NCBI RefSeq assembly: GCF_000372725.1
Contig: NW_005201412.1
Span: 1 to 64,000 of the forward strand
Direction of reading: 5' to 3'
Length of the DNA stretch: 64,000 nucleotides
From: Emiliania huxleyi CCMP1516
Lineage: Eukaryota
Shown: positions 22,440 to 34,771 of the stretch, one piece after another
Numbering within the stretch: the first letter of the stretch is position 1
Layout of the letters: the number at the start of each line of letters is the position of its first letter
Notes under the pieces: generated by a model
Told to the model about the DNA's origin: nothing
Databases searched by the model: none
The model's input: only the letters and a program-made list of their open reading frames with translations
Program-made: the position numbers and the translations under genes

Positions 22440-23752
22440 TTTTTATTGAAATTATGCTACGTCACGTGTTGTTCAGCATTGCCGTCCACGCTTGTCGAGA
22501 GACTACAGACCACCCCGTGAGAACACGGCCTCGGCGCAGTTCTCGGTGGCGCTTGCAATACCCGTGGCCGACCAGAGGGCAATCCACGCGGCGTGCGAGG
22601 AGGTGCTCGAGCCGGTTCTGGAGGCGATCCTCGAGGAGGAGGGGCTTGACGGCCACGACCTCCTACCTCTTCTTGACATCGAGCCGGCGTGGGCTCCTCA
22701 CCCCGGGTAAGCGGGAGAGCGCCGGCTCGGCGGCGGCTCATCCTTTGCACCACGCTCCGCGTCATTCATGTTTGTGGTCAGCGACGCAGAGCCAGATCTC
22801 TTCTCCAAAGTACTCGCTCCAGGCCGGGTGAATTTCGCAGGTGTCGCACTCCATCTCAATGGGGTAGCAAGCAGCGGGAAGCAGCGACTGGTTCGGCAAC
22901 TCGTCCTCAAGCGGGAGGGCTGGCCGAGAGAGCGCGGACCGACGGTGCTCTGTGCTGTGGCCAAGCGCGCCGACCGCCAGCACGAGTCCCTTCCACGTCA
23001 CCGGCGGAGGGAGCACGAAGGAAGTCAGCCTCATCGTTTGGTCGGAGAGGCGGTTTGGGCAATTGCATGTCACGGCAAAAAACGAACACCCACGAAACGG
23101 CGACCAGGAGGGCCACGCCTCCCCGAGCTCGATGAGGGGCCAGCGGAGGGGAGGGGCGAGCCGAGGACGATAGGCGACTCGTCGACCAGGGAGAGCCGGC
23201 CCGACCTCCCTGGGCGGGGAGGCGACGCGACCCAATGCCGCCGTCCTCGCCCGGGGAGACCCCGGCCGGGCCGTCGACGCTCTCGGAGGCGGCGGTACCA
23301 GTCGAGGGTGAAGCGGAGTCGAGGCCACAGCCGAGGAAGAGACATCAGAAACGACTGCAGAGGCAGTCTGGTAACGCCCGGAAGGCGAGCAAGGGACCGG
23401 GCGGGACGAGCCGAGGGCTCGCCCCGGCGGGCGGAAGAAGGGACTCGGGGACCGGAGTCGGGCGGGCGCACACATGAGGCGTATCTGTGTACGTGCATGG
23501 AGTACAGTGTTGTGTGTCCGTTAGCTCTGAGTAGAGGGGGCGTTCTGCAGTTAAGGGGAGACCCGGTACACGGAACTAACCCTCGGAGACCCGTGTTTAT
23601 TTTACGGCCCTTTCCCCGCGAACGCGCACCCCCCCTAGGGGTCAGGGCTCTCTAGCCCGTAGCCCGATGCCGATCATCCGGCCCGCTGGGTGCGCTTCTT
23701 AGCTCCCCGGCCCTGGATGTGAGGTTACTAACTGCACTCCAAGTGCTCCAAG
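22440..23752 (+). mobile_element. Family C element remnant: decayed ORF plus conserved ~230-nt structured 3' terminus
   Basis: 23100-23300 aligns with the reverse complement of 44070-44280. 23520-23752 recurs at 24251-24470, 32729-32850 and 43599-43830, all ending at gcactcca(a/g)gtgctccaag. The 5' limit is uncertain. Confidence 0.7.
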
Positions 23753-23969
23753 AAACGGCACAAAGAGAAGAGTATTGGAAAGTATGGCGACGCATAATTC
23801 TTTGACGGCGCAAGAGAGTCGTCATCTGCGCCTTGACCCTTGTCCGTTGAGCGTTGTGGAATCTAACTCGTGATGGATGGTTAAAAGATTTGAATGAGCG
23901 AGGACCGACCGAGGTGCACATACAGACAGGTGGGGACGTGTCTGTCTCGAGTGTCTGTCACTCTGTCTC

Positions 23970-24165
23970 GGTGGCATGAAGGTTGCAGCGAGATTCGGCG
24001 AGGGACTGCGAACAGAGATAGGAAGAGGCAGACACGCCCAAGGGTGGGCGACGGCTAGCACCATCGACTAGCACCACACTCCTCTCCTTAAAATCCCTGT
24101 GTGGTGGCGGCGTGCCGTCCTCCCATCCCTCCCTTGAGGTGTCTGTTTTCTTTCTTTCTTCTCTT
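23970..24165 (+). mobile_element. Family A retroelement 3' end
   Basis: ggtggcatgaaggttgcagcgaga...ctagcaccacactcctctccttaaaatccctgtgtggtggc...cccatccc followed by a TTTC tail; same as at 26790-26980, 39055-39245 and 42765-42860. Confidence 0.8.
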
Positions 24166-24250
24166 TGTCACTCTGTCTGTCCTCCCCCCGGCCTTACTTA
24201 CCTAGCTAGCTTGGGATGTCCGTGTACTTTCTTCAATAGACAGGCTCGCA

Positions 24251-24545
24251 CTTGGAGCACCTGGAGTGCAGTCATTGACCTCACATCCAGAGCCGGGGAG
24301 CTAAGAAGCGCACCCAGCGGGCCGGATGATCGATATCGGGTTGCGGGCAAGAGAGCCTTCCTAGCCCTGCGGGGTGCGCGGTCGCAGGGCCATAACACGG
24401 GTCTCCGAGGGTTGGCTCCGTGTACCGGGTTTCCCCTTAACTGCAGAACGCACCCTCTACTCGGAGCTAAAGAATACTCTCCGAGGGTTAGTCTGCGCTT
24501 TGGGTTTCCCCTAGCTGCGGAGCGCCCCCTCTACTCGGAGCTAGT
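24251..24545 (-). mobile_element. Family C 3' terminus (inverted relative to 23520-23752) with internal partial duplication
   Basis: Reverse complement of the 23520-23752 sequence. ctctactcggagcta and ctccgagggtt each occur twice. Confidence 0.8.
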
Positions 24546-25631
24546 GGACACGACCCTAGCTAGTGATACAAGAATACGTACCGCCCCCACGCAACTACAC
24601 TCGACGATAATACGAGAATACGCAGCAGCGAGACGCCTATACAAAGAAACAGCGAGGTAAAGTTCGGCGGCTATGATAAACCGAAAGTTGTCGTAAAACG
24701 CGGGCGAAAGCAAAGCATAGGGCGGGCGCTTTTGCCGCAGCTATGCCCGCAGCCTGTCGAGCAGCTTCCGCGGCGCCCATGCGCCGCGGGGTTGACCCAC
24801 AGAGCTCTCGTGCCACGCGCGGCGACATTCACACCGCGCGCCAGTCAGCGCACTGGTAGTACTGCACCAGCCAGCACGGCGTGGAGTGCAATGGAATGAG
24901 GGCATTGTACTGGGCGCCAGCCAGCATGCCTTAGCACAGAGCGGGAGAGCATGCTGCGCACCCTGACGCAGCGTCAACTCGCCTCCAATCAGGCTCTCTC
25001 ACCGCCGCACAGCGGTCCACGAGCACCTGCAGCTGTGCTGCTCAACGCTCAAGCTCTGGGGCCTCCCCTCATTGTCGCAGCTTTGCGCACTGCAGCGTGC
25101 GAGCAGCGCAGCGCCAGGCCGACCCCTGGCACGCCCAGGCGGACGTGCGACGGAGGCCCGCCGAGCGAGTGCCCCACCCCGGGCGAGCTGCATCGGCCGT
25201 CGGCGGCCATGTCTCCCGCAGCCGCGAGCGAGCAGCTCAAAGAGGCAGCATCGCGCATGCTTTTCCGAAACGGCTCGATCACTCGCGATCAGACCTTCTC
25301 GCGACCCGCTCCCGTTCCCCTGTGCCCCTTGATCGCCCTTCCAAGATCCTGCTCGTGCAGTCAGTTGGAGTCATCCGCCTGTGTGTCCTTCTCCCATCCC
25401 TCGCTCGTTTGTAAATAAATAAATAAACAAATAGTCGTAGAAAATCCAAAATCCAAATCGCAAACATAGAAACCCAAACACACACAGCCACGTGGCATAG
25501 GAGAGCAGGAGGCGAAAGGAAGTCAGCAAACTTCCCAAGGACGCACGAGCGAGAAGCACAGCAGAGCAGACAGATGACGATTACCACCCAGCGCACGACC
25601 GCCAACTTTCCGGCGCAGGCCGCGAAGAACC

Positions 25632-26477
25632 AATAAATAAAACGGACACCTCTACTAGGAGATGGGTAAAAAGGAACAGGTCCCCGCCCTGCGGTCTTTG
25701 TGCAGGGTTCTTTGTGGGTGTGGTCGGCGACTAGCCGGGGTCGTCCTCCCGATGGGGGACTAGCACTAGCCGTCTTCCACATGGTCCCTCGGGTCCCTGC
25801 TGCTCCTAATCTCGTCGTACATCCTCCTGCTGATCTCCGCAACATCCTGCTCCCTCCCTCGTCTCGCCCTGCGCGTCTGCTCCGCCTCCCCGTCGTCCGC
25901 CCTGCGTCGTCTGGTGACGGGTCCTCCATAGTCGGTTGAGGTCGCCGCCCTCCTCGTGCCTCTTCCCAACGTTTCCTCGGCAGCCGATGCCGTCTGCTCC
26001 GACTCCGCCGTCCCCGGGTCTGCCCTGCCCTCGTCTGCGCTAGCTTCTGTTTCGTCATCACTGATGTCCGTCCTCTTCTTTCTCCTCTTGTTGTATGCTT
26101 TGTACATCGCGTCGATTCCTTTTCGCGTGAGCACCAGCCTGAAGCCCGCCCAGCAGCTGGACCGCTCCCTAAGTCGAAGGAGCATCATCAGTCTCACCCA
26201 CTTCGCTCGCTGCCGACTGGCTCCGCTCCCTCCCGCTTGGGCCGCCGTCGCGGCCCTCGTTCGTCCCACTGGCTGTTGGCCTGTCCCCTCGTTACCTCTG
26301 TTATCCCTCCTCCTCCGCGACTCCCTCAAGGCTGGCCGGGCCTCCTTCCACCCAGCGAAGAGCTTCCTCAGCCACTCAATGTGTTCCTCTCTCTTCATTA
26401 TGCGCGCGGTAGCCTCATCGTTGAGCTGGATCCACCTCTGCACCGCTCCCGTCGCCGCCTCGGCCACGACTTGCAAG
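25632..26477 (-). mobile_element. 5'-truncated copy of the RNase H LINE (3' ~850 bp)
   Basis: Near-identical protein (QVVAEAATGAVQRWIQL...RDHVEDG) and 3'UTR/(TTTA)n tail to 40960-41811. Confidence 0.9.
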
Positions 26478-26789
26478 CCGTTCGGTCGGCACCGCCTTTA
26501 CTTTCTTTCTTGAGCAGACAGGCTCGAAGGAGACACACTCCTCTCCTTAAAATCCCAAACAAATCTAACACACTCAACCCATCATTTGGGGCCTGTTGTC
26601 ACACAGGAGAAAGAATTTTAGAACAAAACTCCCTCACGCACGGGAAGGTGGCGCGCACTGGCTGGCACTAAACACCCAGGACCCCCCCCCCCCATAACAC
26701 AGTTGAAGGGGGGGGGGGGGGCTAGGGAGAAAGAAGGCCGAAAAAAGCGCACGCCAAATAAAACGAGCAGCCATCTCCGGCAACACGGA

Positions 26790-27325
26790 AAAAGAAAGAA
26801 AAAAACACACGACGCAAGGGAGGGATGGGAGGAAGGCACGGCGCCACCACACAGGGATTTTAAGGAGAGGAGTGTGGTGCTAGCCCTCGCCCACCCTAAC
26901 CCTTGGTCGTCTGCCTCTTTCTATCTCCCTTCGCAGTCCCTCGCCGATTCTCGCTGCAACCCTCATGCCACCTCGCGGTCGCCCACTCTCGTCGTTCTCC
27001 CTCCTGTCGTTTCCTCCTCTGTCGCGTCGCTCTCGTCTGCCTCGTCCTGCGACGCCGCCGCCGCCTGCCGATCCCTTGCGCTCGCGGCTTCTCCCGCCTT
27101 TCGGCGCAGCTCTGCCCTCCTCGCGGCATATTTTGGCCCCTCGAGTTTATCGAGCTCTCCTCGCGCAAGGACCACATTTCTAACTCCCACTGCGATCATA
27201 TCCCGCCATGTCATATCGTTGCTCAGGTCCACTCTCTCTTCGAACACTTGTACCTCCACCGATGATGTTGGCGCTGGGGTCCCCTTCGGGTGCATCGTGA
27301 CAGCTGACGACGGGATTACCACTGG
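26790..27325 (-). mobile_element. Family A retroelement remnant (ORF C-terminus plus hairpin 3'UTR)
   Basis: Longest family A copy. It shares the ORF segment with 10205-10370 and the 3' end with 23970, 39055 and 42765. Confidence 0.8.
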
Positions 27326-27515
27326 TGTTTCGTCCTCCTCGGAGTCGTCTTCCCCGGCTTCCTCTCGTTCGGCTCTACGTTCATTACGTTCATCGTGGTG
27401 CCGTGAACAGGCGCGTTATCCATCCTATATTCTTCTCTCTCTCCTCTGCCCGTGCCTTCGTCTTGTCGTGGTTTCGCACAGAAATTTCCCGCGGGAATTT
27501 CTTTTCGTCCCACAA

Positions 27516-30102
27516 ATGCTCGCGCTCGCCACCTCTGGGCGCCCGCCACCGACCCGCTCCTCGCCACCAGCGCGCGCTAGCGTCCCCTCCTCGTGCGCAC
27601 CGCCGGACCCGCCGCTGCCGCGCCGGCTCGCGCGCCTCGCCGCCGCGTTGCGAGCGCCTCGTGAGCCGCGTGAGAGGCTGCTTCGTCTCGCGCGGCTCGG
27701 CGAGCGGCTGCCACCTCCGTCCACCGCACTGGTGGCGGCCGATGGGACGCGTGTGTCCGGCTGCACCTCTATGGTCGACGTGCTCGCGCGGCCGTCCGGC
27801 TCGGGCTCGCTTCGCCTCGACGGCGCCGCCGACTCTCGGCTCGCCCGCGGCCTCGTCGCGCTCCTCGTTCAGGGCCTCCGAGGCGAGCGCGCAGAGACGC
27901 TGCTAGCTCTGGACCCGGCGCAGGTCGCTAGAGCTGCCGGTCTCGTTGGCGCGCTCTCGCCCTCGCGCGTCAACGGGCTGGGCGCCATGATCCGGCTCAT
28001 GCAGCGCCAGCTAGAGGCGGGCGTGGCGGCGGAGGCGGCGGCGGACGCCACGCCGGCGGGCGTGGCGTCGGCGAAGGCGGCGGCGGAGGCTGCGCCGGCG
28101 GACGGTGCTTCCGCGACGACGTCCGGCGGGGAGGGCGGGAGAGAGGCTGTGCTGCGCGCCGGTTCGCGCGGCAGCCTCGAGTCGGCGGGCGAGGAGGTCG
28201 CTGTGCTGCTCTCGGGAGGCGTCGACTCGTCGGTGGCGCTGCGGCTGCTGCACGACGCGGGCGTGCGCACGCGCGCCTTCTACCTACGCATCTGGCTCGA
28301 GGACGAGGACGCGCACGTCGCCTCGGGCGAGTGCCCGTGGGAGGAGGACTGGGCCTATTGCACCGCCGTCTGCGAGCAGGCGGCCAACTCGCCACTGTCC
28401 TCCCACCGCTACTGTCCTCCCACCCCTCTCCCCGCCCGAGACCCGAGGGCCTGTCCGGTGGCAGGCGGGCGTGCCGCTCGAGCGCGTCTCGCTGCAGCGC
28501 GAGTGCTCATCCCTCGTGGCTGCCGCCTCTCCGAGAGGAGCCTCGCCTGAGCCTTCTCGGAGCCCTCTTTGCAGGTACTCGTCGCTCGTCGTCGACTACC
28601 TAATCAATCATTAATTGATCGGAGGTTAATCATTAATTGATCTTTGCAGGTACTCGTCGCTCGTCGTCGACTACCTCATTTCCGAGGCGCGCGCCGGCCG
28701 CACGCCCAACCCGGACATCATGTGCAACTCGCGCGTCAAGTTCGGAGCCTTCATGGACGCGGTCGGCACGCACTTCGCTTGCGTCGCGTCGGGGCACTAC
28801 GCCCGCTGCGCACTACACGGCGAGCCGGGCTATCACCACGCCTCGGGCGGCCACGACTCGCGCCTCGCTCGCGCCTCTCTCGCGCCGCCGCTGGCCTCGC
28901 CGCTGGCCTCGCCGCTGGCCTCGCCGCGTGCGGGCGGCGGGGCGGGCGGGCGGGCGGTGCTCTACCAGTCGGCAGACGCGCACAAGGACCAGACCTACTT
29001 TCTGTCTCAGCTGAGCCAGTCGCAGCTCGCAAAGACTCTCTTCCCGCTCGGTGCGGCGAGCGAGAGAGAGAGAGGAGAGGAGAGGAGAGGAGAGGAGCAG
29101 AGAGGAGGCAGTCTTCCCGCTCGGTGCGGCGAGCCGGCGAGCGTTGCGCCGCGCCATGCGCCGCGCCAGCTGCGAGTCTAACCCGCTGCCCTCGCGTCCG
29201 CACCGCAGGCGCGCTGCCGAAGAGCGACGTGCGCCGGCTCGCACACGAGCGGAGGCTGCCGAACCGGGCGCGCAAGGTGCGCCGGGGCTGCTTGCTTGGC
29301 GTGTGCGCAGTCCACACGGCGCGTGCGTGACGGTGGCATGGCGCGCGTGCTCCCGCAGGACTCGCAGGGCATCTGCTTCCTCGGCCAGCTCGACTACGAC
29401 GCCTTCCTGCGCGGCCACTTGGGGGAGCGGCGTGGCGAGGCGCGCAACTCGGAGGAAGGGGGGGGGCGACGGGGGGCGATAGGGAGGGGGGACGTGAGCA
29501 GGCCCGCCCGCCCCCTTCCCTCCCAGGTGCGCGAGTTCGAGACGGGCGAGATCATCGGCGAGCACCGCGGCCTCTGGTACCACACCGTCGGCCAGCGGCG
29601 CGGCGTCGGGCCGGCCCTCGGCCCGCGGCACGTCTCGAGGCGCGGGACCGCGCGAGTAGCAAGTAGAGTAGCCTCGAGGCGGAGAGCCGCGACATACGCA
29701 GATCTGCCCCTGCTCTGCCCCGCGCCGCCGTCTAAGAGATGGCAAATCTCCAGGGGGCCGTGGTACGTCGTGCGCAAGGAGATGGACAGCAACGTCCTCT
29801 TCGTCTCCCGCGAGTATGCCTCGGCCGACAAGCCGCGCAACGCCTTCCACGCCGACGCAATCAACTGGATCGGCGGCGCCCCGCCGCCCGCTGGCGCAGC
29901 CGGCGAGCCGACTCCGCTCCGCGTCAAGGTGAGGCACGGCGCCGCATCGCACGAGGCGTCCGTTTCGCTCCTCGACGGAGGCGCCCGCGCGCACGTGTCG
30001 CTGGCGGGGCGCGACAAGGGGCTCGCGCCCGGCCAGTTTGCGGCCTTTTATGACGGGCCTGTCTGCCTAGGGTCGGGGGTGATTTCGGAGGAGGGGTTGT
30101 AG
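27516..30102 (+). CDS. mnmA: SufE-domain / tRNA 2-thiouridylase MnmA fusion with transit-peptide-like N-terminus; predicted exons 27516-28379, 28465-28502, 28650-29050, 29209-29276, 29359-29439, 29527-29639, 29754-30102
   Basis: SufE motifs RVSGCTS, ADSRLARGLVALL and LSPSRVNGL lie in the same exon and frame as MnmA SGGVDS. Then TPNPDIMCNSRVKFG, SGHYAR, KDQTYFL, KDSQGICFLG, HTVGQRRG and GLAPGQFAAFY. Introns keep frame. Confidence 0.9.
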
Positions 30103-30599
30103 CGATGCGTCAGTTTAGCTGTGAGCGGTTAGTACGTGAAATGCGCCAGGAGTGCACCACATTTCAAGCTGTGAGGTCTGAGCTGTGACGGCAGACGGGG
30201 CCCAACCTCTGCGGGGCTATATACCCACGTGCCACGATGTGTGCACAAATCTAAAAAGCCGTGCTACAGCAAAAATGAAAAAATACCGGCGAACATGCGT
30301 GCGCAACACTGCCAAGCCACTCTGCAAGTGGGGCGTCACACGTCTCTCAAAGGGGGGGCCAAGGCGCAAGAGCGAAGAGGCGCTGATGCAGCATGGGCAT
30401 GTGGGCGTGCTCAGGCAGGCCACGCCAGGCCCCTGTGGGTGAGCTATCAGCTAGCGGTGCCACAAGCGCCTCGGTGCAGGGTGACGGACTACACACAGGG
30501 TTGTGCATGCAGGCGCTCCACGGGCCTGCCCCTCCCGGCGGCGCCGCCCCCCTCCCCGCCACCTCTCCCCTGGAACAGCGCACGCACCAACCTCTCGAA

Positions 30600-32412
30600 C
30601 TAGAAAGTGGATGTCCGCTTGCTGCCTCTCTTCCCGAGCGCGGTCTGGCCAGAGCGTACGGCGGCGTGGGACGCGGCCGCGGCCGCAGTGGCGCGCTTTG
30701 CCGCGGCAGAGGCGACGAGAGACGGGTTGAAGCCGCGGCGCGCCTTGGCGTCCCCCGCTGGCGAGCTCTCGGTGCCCGTGGCATCCTTCACAACGTCCTT
30801 CGTGCCCTGCTTCTTGAGCAAGCCGCCCGCCCGCGGCCAGCCCCGCCCGCCCTCGGGCGCCGCCGCCTCTCCCCTCGCGCCCTCCGCCGCAGCCAGCTTC
30901 GCCGCCTCTGCCGCCGCTGCCGCCGCCGCCTCTTGTTCGAAGCTCTTCACGCGATTCCTCAGCTCGACCACCTCCTCGAGCGCCGCCGCCGCTGCCGCCG
31001 CCGCCGCCGCCCGCGCCTCTGCGTCTCCCGTGGCGGCGGCATCGCAAAGTACGAGCCTCAACTGCGCGCGAACTGACTCGGCCGCTGCCGCCGCCGCTGC
31101 CGCCTCTGCCCGAGCGGCCGCGGCTTCGGCGCGAGCCGCGTCCGCCTCTGTGCGCGCCCGCTCTAGCTCGGCGGGACCATCGCTGCTGCTGCCGGTCTCG
31201 CTCTGCGCCGCAAGCTGCGCGGCGAGGGCGAGGTTTGCTAGCGGCCGGACCTTCTCCGCTGCGGCCGCCTCCGCCTGCGCCGTGCACGCGCAAGCCGCCG
31301 CTGCTGCCGCCCGCTGCGCCTCCGCCGCGGCGATCTCGAGAGCGGTCGCCGCGGCCAGCTCTGACTGCGCCGCCTCTGTCGACGCCGCCGCGCTCTCCCA
31401 GTAGATTCGCAGCGCCACGTCGCCGCCGAGAAGTGCCACCTACAGCACGGTTCCGAACGAAGCTTCCGAAAAGCCACCAGCCCCTCGTCGCCTAGTCCCG
31501 ACAACGCCGCCTCCGAGCGCACGGCGTCGGCGAGGGCAATGGCGGCCGCCGCCGCAGCCCTCGCAGCGGCAGCGTCGGCGCGCACTCCCTCCACCTCGGC
31601 TCGCTTCGGCGCCGCCTCGGCCGCAGCCACCGCTTCGTCCCGCTCGATGCGCAGGGCGTCGGCCGCGGCGACGGCGGCCGCGGCGTCGGCCCGCGCCTCC
31701 GCCTCCTTGCTGCCTGCAGCGCTCCCCGCGCCCGCCCCGCCGGCCGCGCTCAGCTGGGCCTGGAGCCGTTTCGCCAAGTCCAGCGCCGCCTGCTCCGCCG
31801 TGGCGGCTCGCGCGCGCGCGCCCATCGCCGCCGCGCGCTGCGCCTCGACCGTCGCGAGCGCCTTCTTGCTCGCCGCGAGCGCCTCCTCCGCCGCTGCGCA
31901 CCGCGCCTCCAGCGCAGCCACCAAGGTGTCGTGACCGGAGCTCTCGCACGCGTGCTCCTGATCCGCCGCTGGCTCTCCCTCGGCCGCCGCCATACGCGCC
32001 TCGGCCGCCGCCGCTCGCGCCTCGGCATCAGTCACACGCGCCAGAGCGTCGGCCTCCGCTGCCCTGGCGCTCGCTCGCGTCTCGGCCTCCTCGAAGGAGG
32101 CCCGCTGCCGCCTCCGCACGCGCGCTCGCCAGTCGCTGACGTGCCTCTGCAATAGCAAGGTGGCGAGCACCTGTGTGGAAAATGTATTTGTCCTGAGAGG
32201 GGCGTTGCGGAAGGAGAAGGCAGGGAGGGCGCGCCTGGTCTCGCGTGCCTATGAGCTCGCCGGCTCGTGTGCCGATGAGATCGTCGAGCGCGCAGGCCGG
32301 CTGCCTTCTGCCCGGCAAGTGGGGTGCGAGCCGGACGAGCTGGAGAGGAGACGACAAGTCTATCGGAGGGGGGGGGCGCATGTAAGATTTTCTCCACGAT
32401 GACGCCGTTCAT
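30600..32412 (-). CDS. Hypothetical Ala/Glu-rich coiled-coil protein, multi-exon
   Basis: Long heptad-like frames 30600-31439 and 31500-32170 are separated by an intron-like segment. The 5' exon is uncertain. Confidence 0.55.
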
Positions 32413-32728
32413 GCCGTGTTCTTAGATCTATTCAGTTGTTCATTTTTGCACAGATTCTTCCTTAGCGAGTAACAGGACCGTGGCTTGGTGCTTATGGTGC
32501 GAGCGAGGCGGAGGGGCTAGAGAGAAAGCGGACTGCAAACACAAGAACACAAAAACACGAAAACACAAACACAACCACGCACCTCTCTCTCTCTCACACA
32601 CACACATGACAAGCGATCAATACTCACTCACTCACTCACAAGCGATCCTTCCCGACGACAGCGTCGGCGGGAATTGCATGACGGGTAGAGGGGCCCGTCC
32701 GCGGAACTAGGCGACACAGGCACCCCTC

Positions 32729-32852
32729 ACTTGGAGCACTTGGAGTGCAGTCATTAACCTCACATCCAGGGCCGGGGAGCTACTCGAGTAAGAAGCGCAC
32801 CCAGCGGGCCGGATGATCGGTATCGGGCTACGGGCAAGAGAGCCCTGACCCC
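32729..32852 (-). mobile_element. Family C 3' terminus, short copy
   Basis: cttggagcacttggagtgcagtcattaacctcacatccagggccgggg...gggcaagagagccct. Confidence 0.8.
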
Positions 32853-34771
32853 TCACTGTGTCGAGCGTAAGAGGCCGTCTGCCGCTTGCTTGTTCTCGAC
32901 CAATTGACGCGCTCAATCGCGCGCCTGCTTGTGTTGATGTTGGTTGGCGCCATGGCCCGCCACCGCAGCCACGGACATCTGCTGCGTGTGAGGGACGACA
33001 AAGGAGGAGGCGCTCACCGACGCCGCCCCATACACCGCCCGGTCCGTGTTGGTGCCAGGTACATACTTGGTCAGGTCACGCACCGACTGCACGACCCCGA
33101 GGCGAAGGGCGACCGTATGCACATCCCACAGGTCGAGCCACTCTGGGTGATGGCTCCGACAGGCACGCACACGCTCCACCGGAGACGAGTTGACCATGCT
33201 ATTGTGCACACTGCTCCCACACGTTCGGACACCACTTTTCCTACTAGTGTGGGCCCGGCTCTTTCAGGGGGCTGGCCCATATCTCAAGCGTGACGCAGCA
33301 TCCAGACCCCGGTCATTCGTTGCGGAAAAAGTGACGCCAGCAGGTTCCAGCCATCAGAGGTCGCCTTACCGAGGGACAGGAGCCAGTCGAGGAGCCAGCT
33401 CGAGCCGCGCGTCTACAGTCACTCGCCCAAGCCCGAGCCGACAGAGATTAGGCCGAGGGGGAAGCGGATTTTGCCGCGGCATCAAGTTTTGGTGAAGACG
33501 TTGAGCTTTGAGGAGGCCATGGGGCGGCACCGTCATGTCTACGACGCATCCGGCTGCGACGTCCGCCAACAGCGGAGAGTGTCTTATACCCTCGAGAATT
33601 CGATGGCACACAAGGGCGCGGCAGACGTGCGCAGTCTCGAGAGCTGCGCAGGCTTGCCGGGCTACATGTCGCATGAGATTGTGACCATGCCGCGGCTCGG
33701 CACGTACTCTACAATCAGCAGGTCTGCCGACGTCTGGTTTCTACGTGTTACCCCCTCCCTCTGGCGCGCCGAGATGTGATCCACTGCAGTGGCTCGTCTC
33801 GACGCACAGCCCTGTTCCACTCCCTCGGTGTAACCCTCGAGGCACCGAAATCCGGTCTCGTGGCTTTGGTGAGGGCAGGGTAGGCGAAGCGCCCGAGCGA
33901 CCCACTGAGGTGGGCCGGCTCAGTCCCTCATCACCACGAGCATGCTCGAGCCACCGAGGCAGATTTATATACCGTGCCTTGCTGCCCCCAGTCGGTGGGA
34001 CGGGCAAGCGCGGGCCAACTGGAGGGGCAAAGGAACTCGAGGGGGAGGATGCCGTTCATGTATGACGTCTCGATCTGGAGCAGACGTGTCAACCCCGTGT
34101 GGTACAGATCACATATGCATACAACATGCACATGTGCATGCTGCATGCACATGTTGTCGTAGCCGGTGGGGTGGTCGACCTTGAACTAGTAGGCGCCGCC
34201 CCCGCGGCCGCCCGACGACCCGTCGCCGCCGTCGCCGCCACCCGTCTGCTAAGAAAGAAGATCAGTGTCACCCCCCCGGGTTGGTTTGGGGCGGAGCACA
34301 TCGGCGTGAGCGCGCTCCGAATTGGTCGCGGTCGGTGGCCGAGCACAGAGGCGGGCGTTGGTCCCAAGGTAGGATTCCTACGCGCCCTATTTCAGACGCC
34401 CAGCACACCACGATCAGTGGTGGCCCACGTCCCACTCGCACGGGGCGACAGCCGACACGCCACTCGCCAGGATGTTGGTCATTACAAGAAACACGACACA
34501 CGCACGGCTCCTCCTCCCAAGCCAATGGTGTCTAAGGGTCTCTGACACTCCTGGATGCACGCTCAGCCACAAGCGGTGTAAGTTAAGAGGGACTCACGTC
34601 GCGCCAGGGGGCCGAAGGAGTAGCAGTGTTCGGAAGCAGCGTCCGAGCGGTCCCGAGCGGTCCCTACTCGAGCGTCCTGAGCTGCCCCAGAGCACGCCTG
34701 TTTGTAAACCCCTGCGTTTTCTTAGCCTACGGCGCCTCGGTCGATACAAATCGCCGAGGACAGGTGCAAGC

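Noticed and set aside
23575..23590. CTAACCCT as a telomerase RNA template
   Set aside because: Only 8 nt, inside a multicopy repeat, and altered in the 24.4-kb copy. Insufficient support.
32900..33780. Protein-like fragments next to a family C end
   Set aside because: Frames are broken and no family is recognisable. Likely decayed element DNA, left uncalled.
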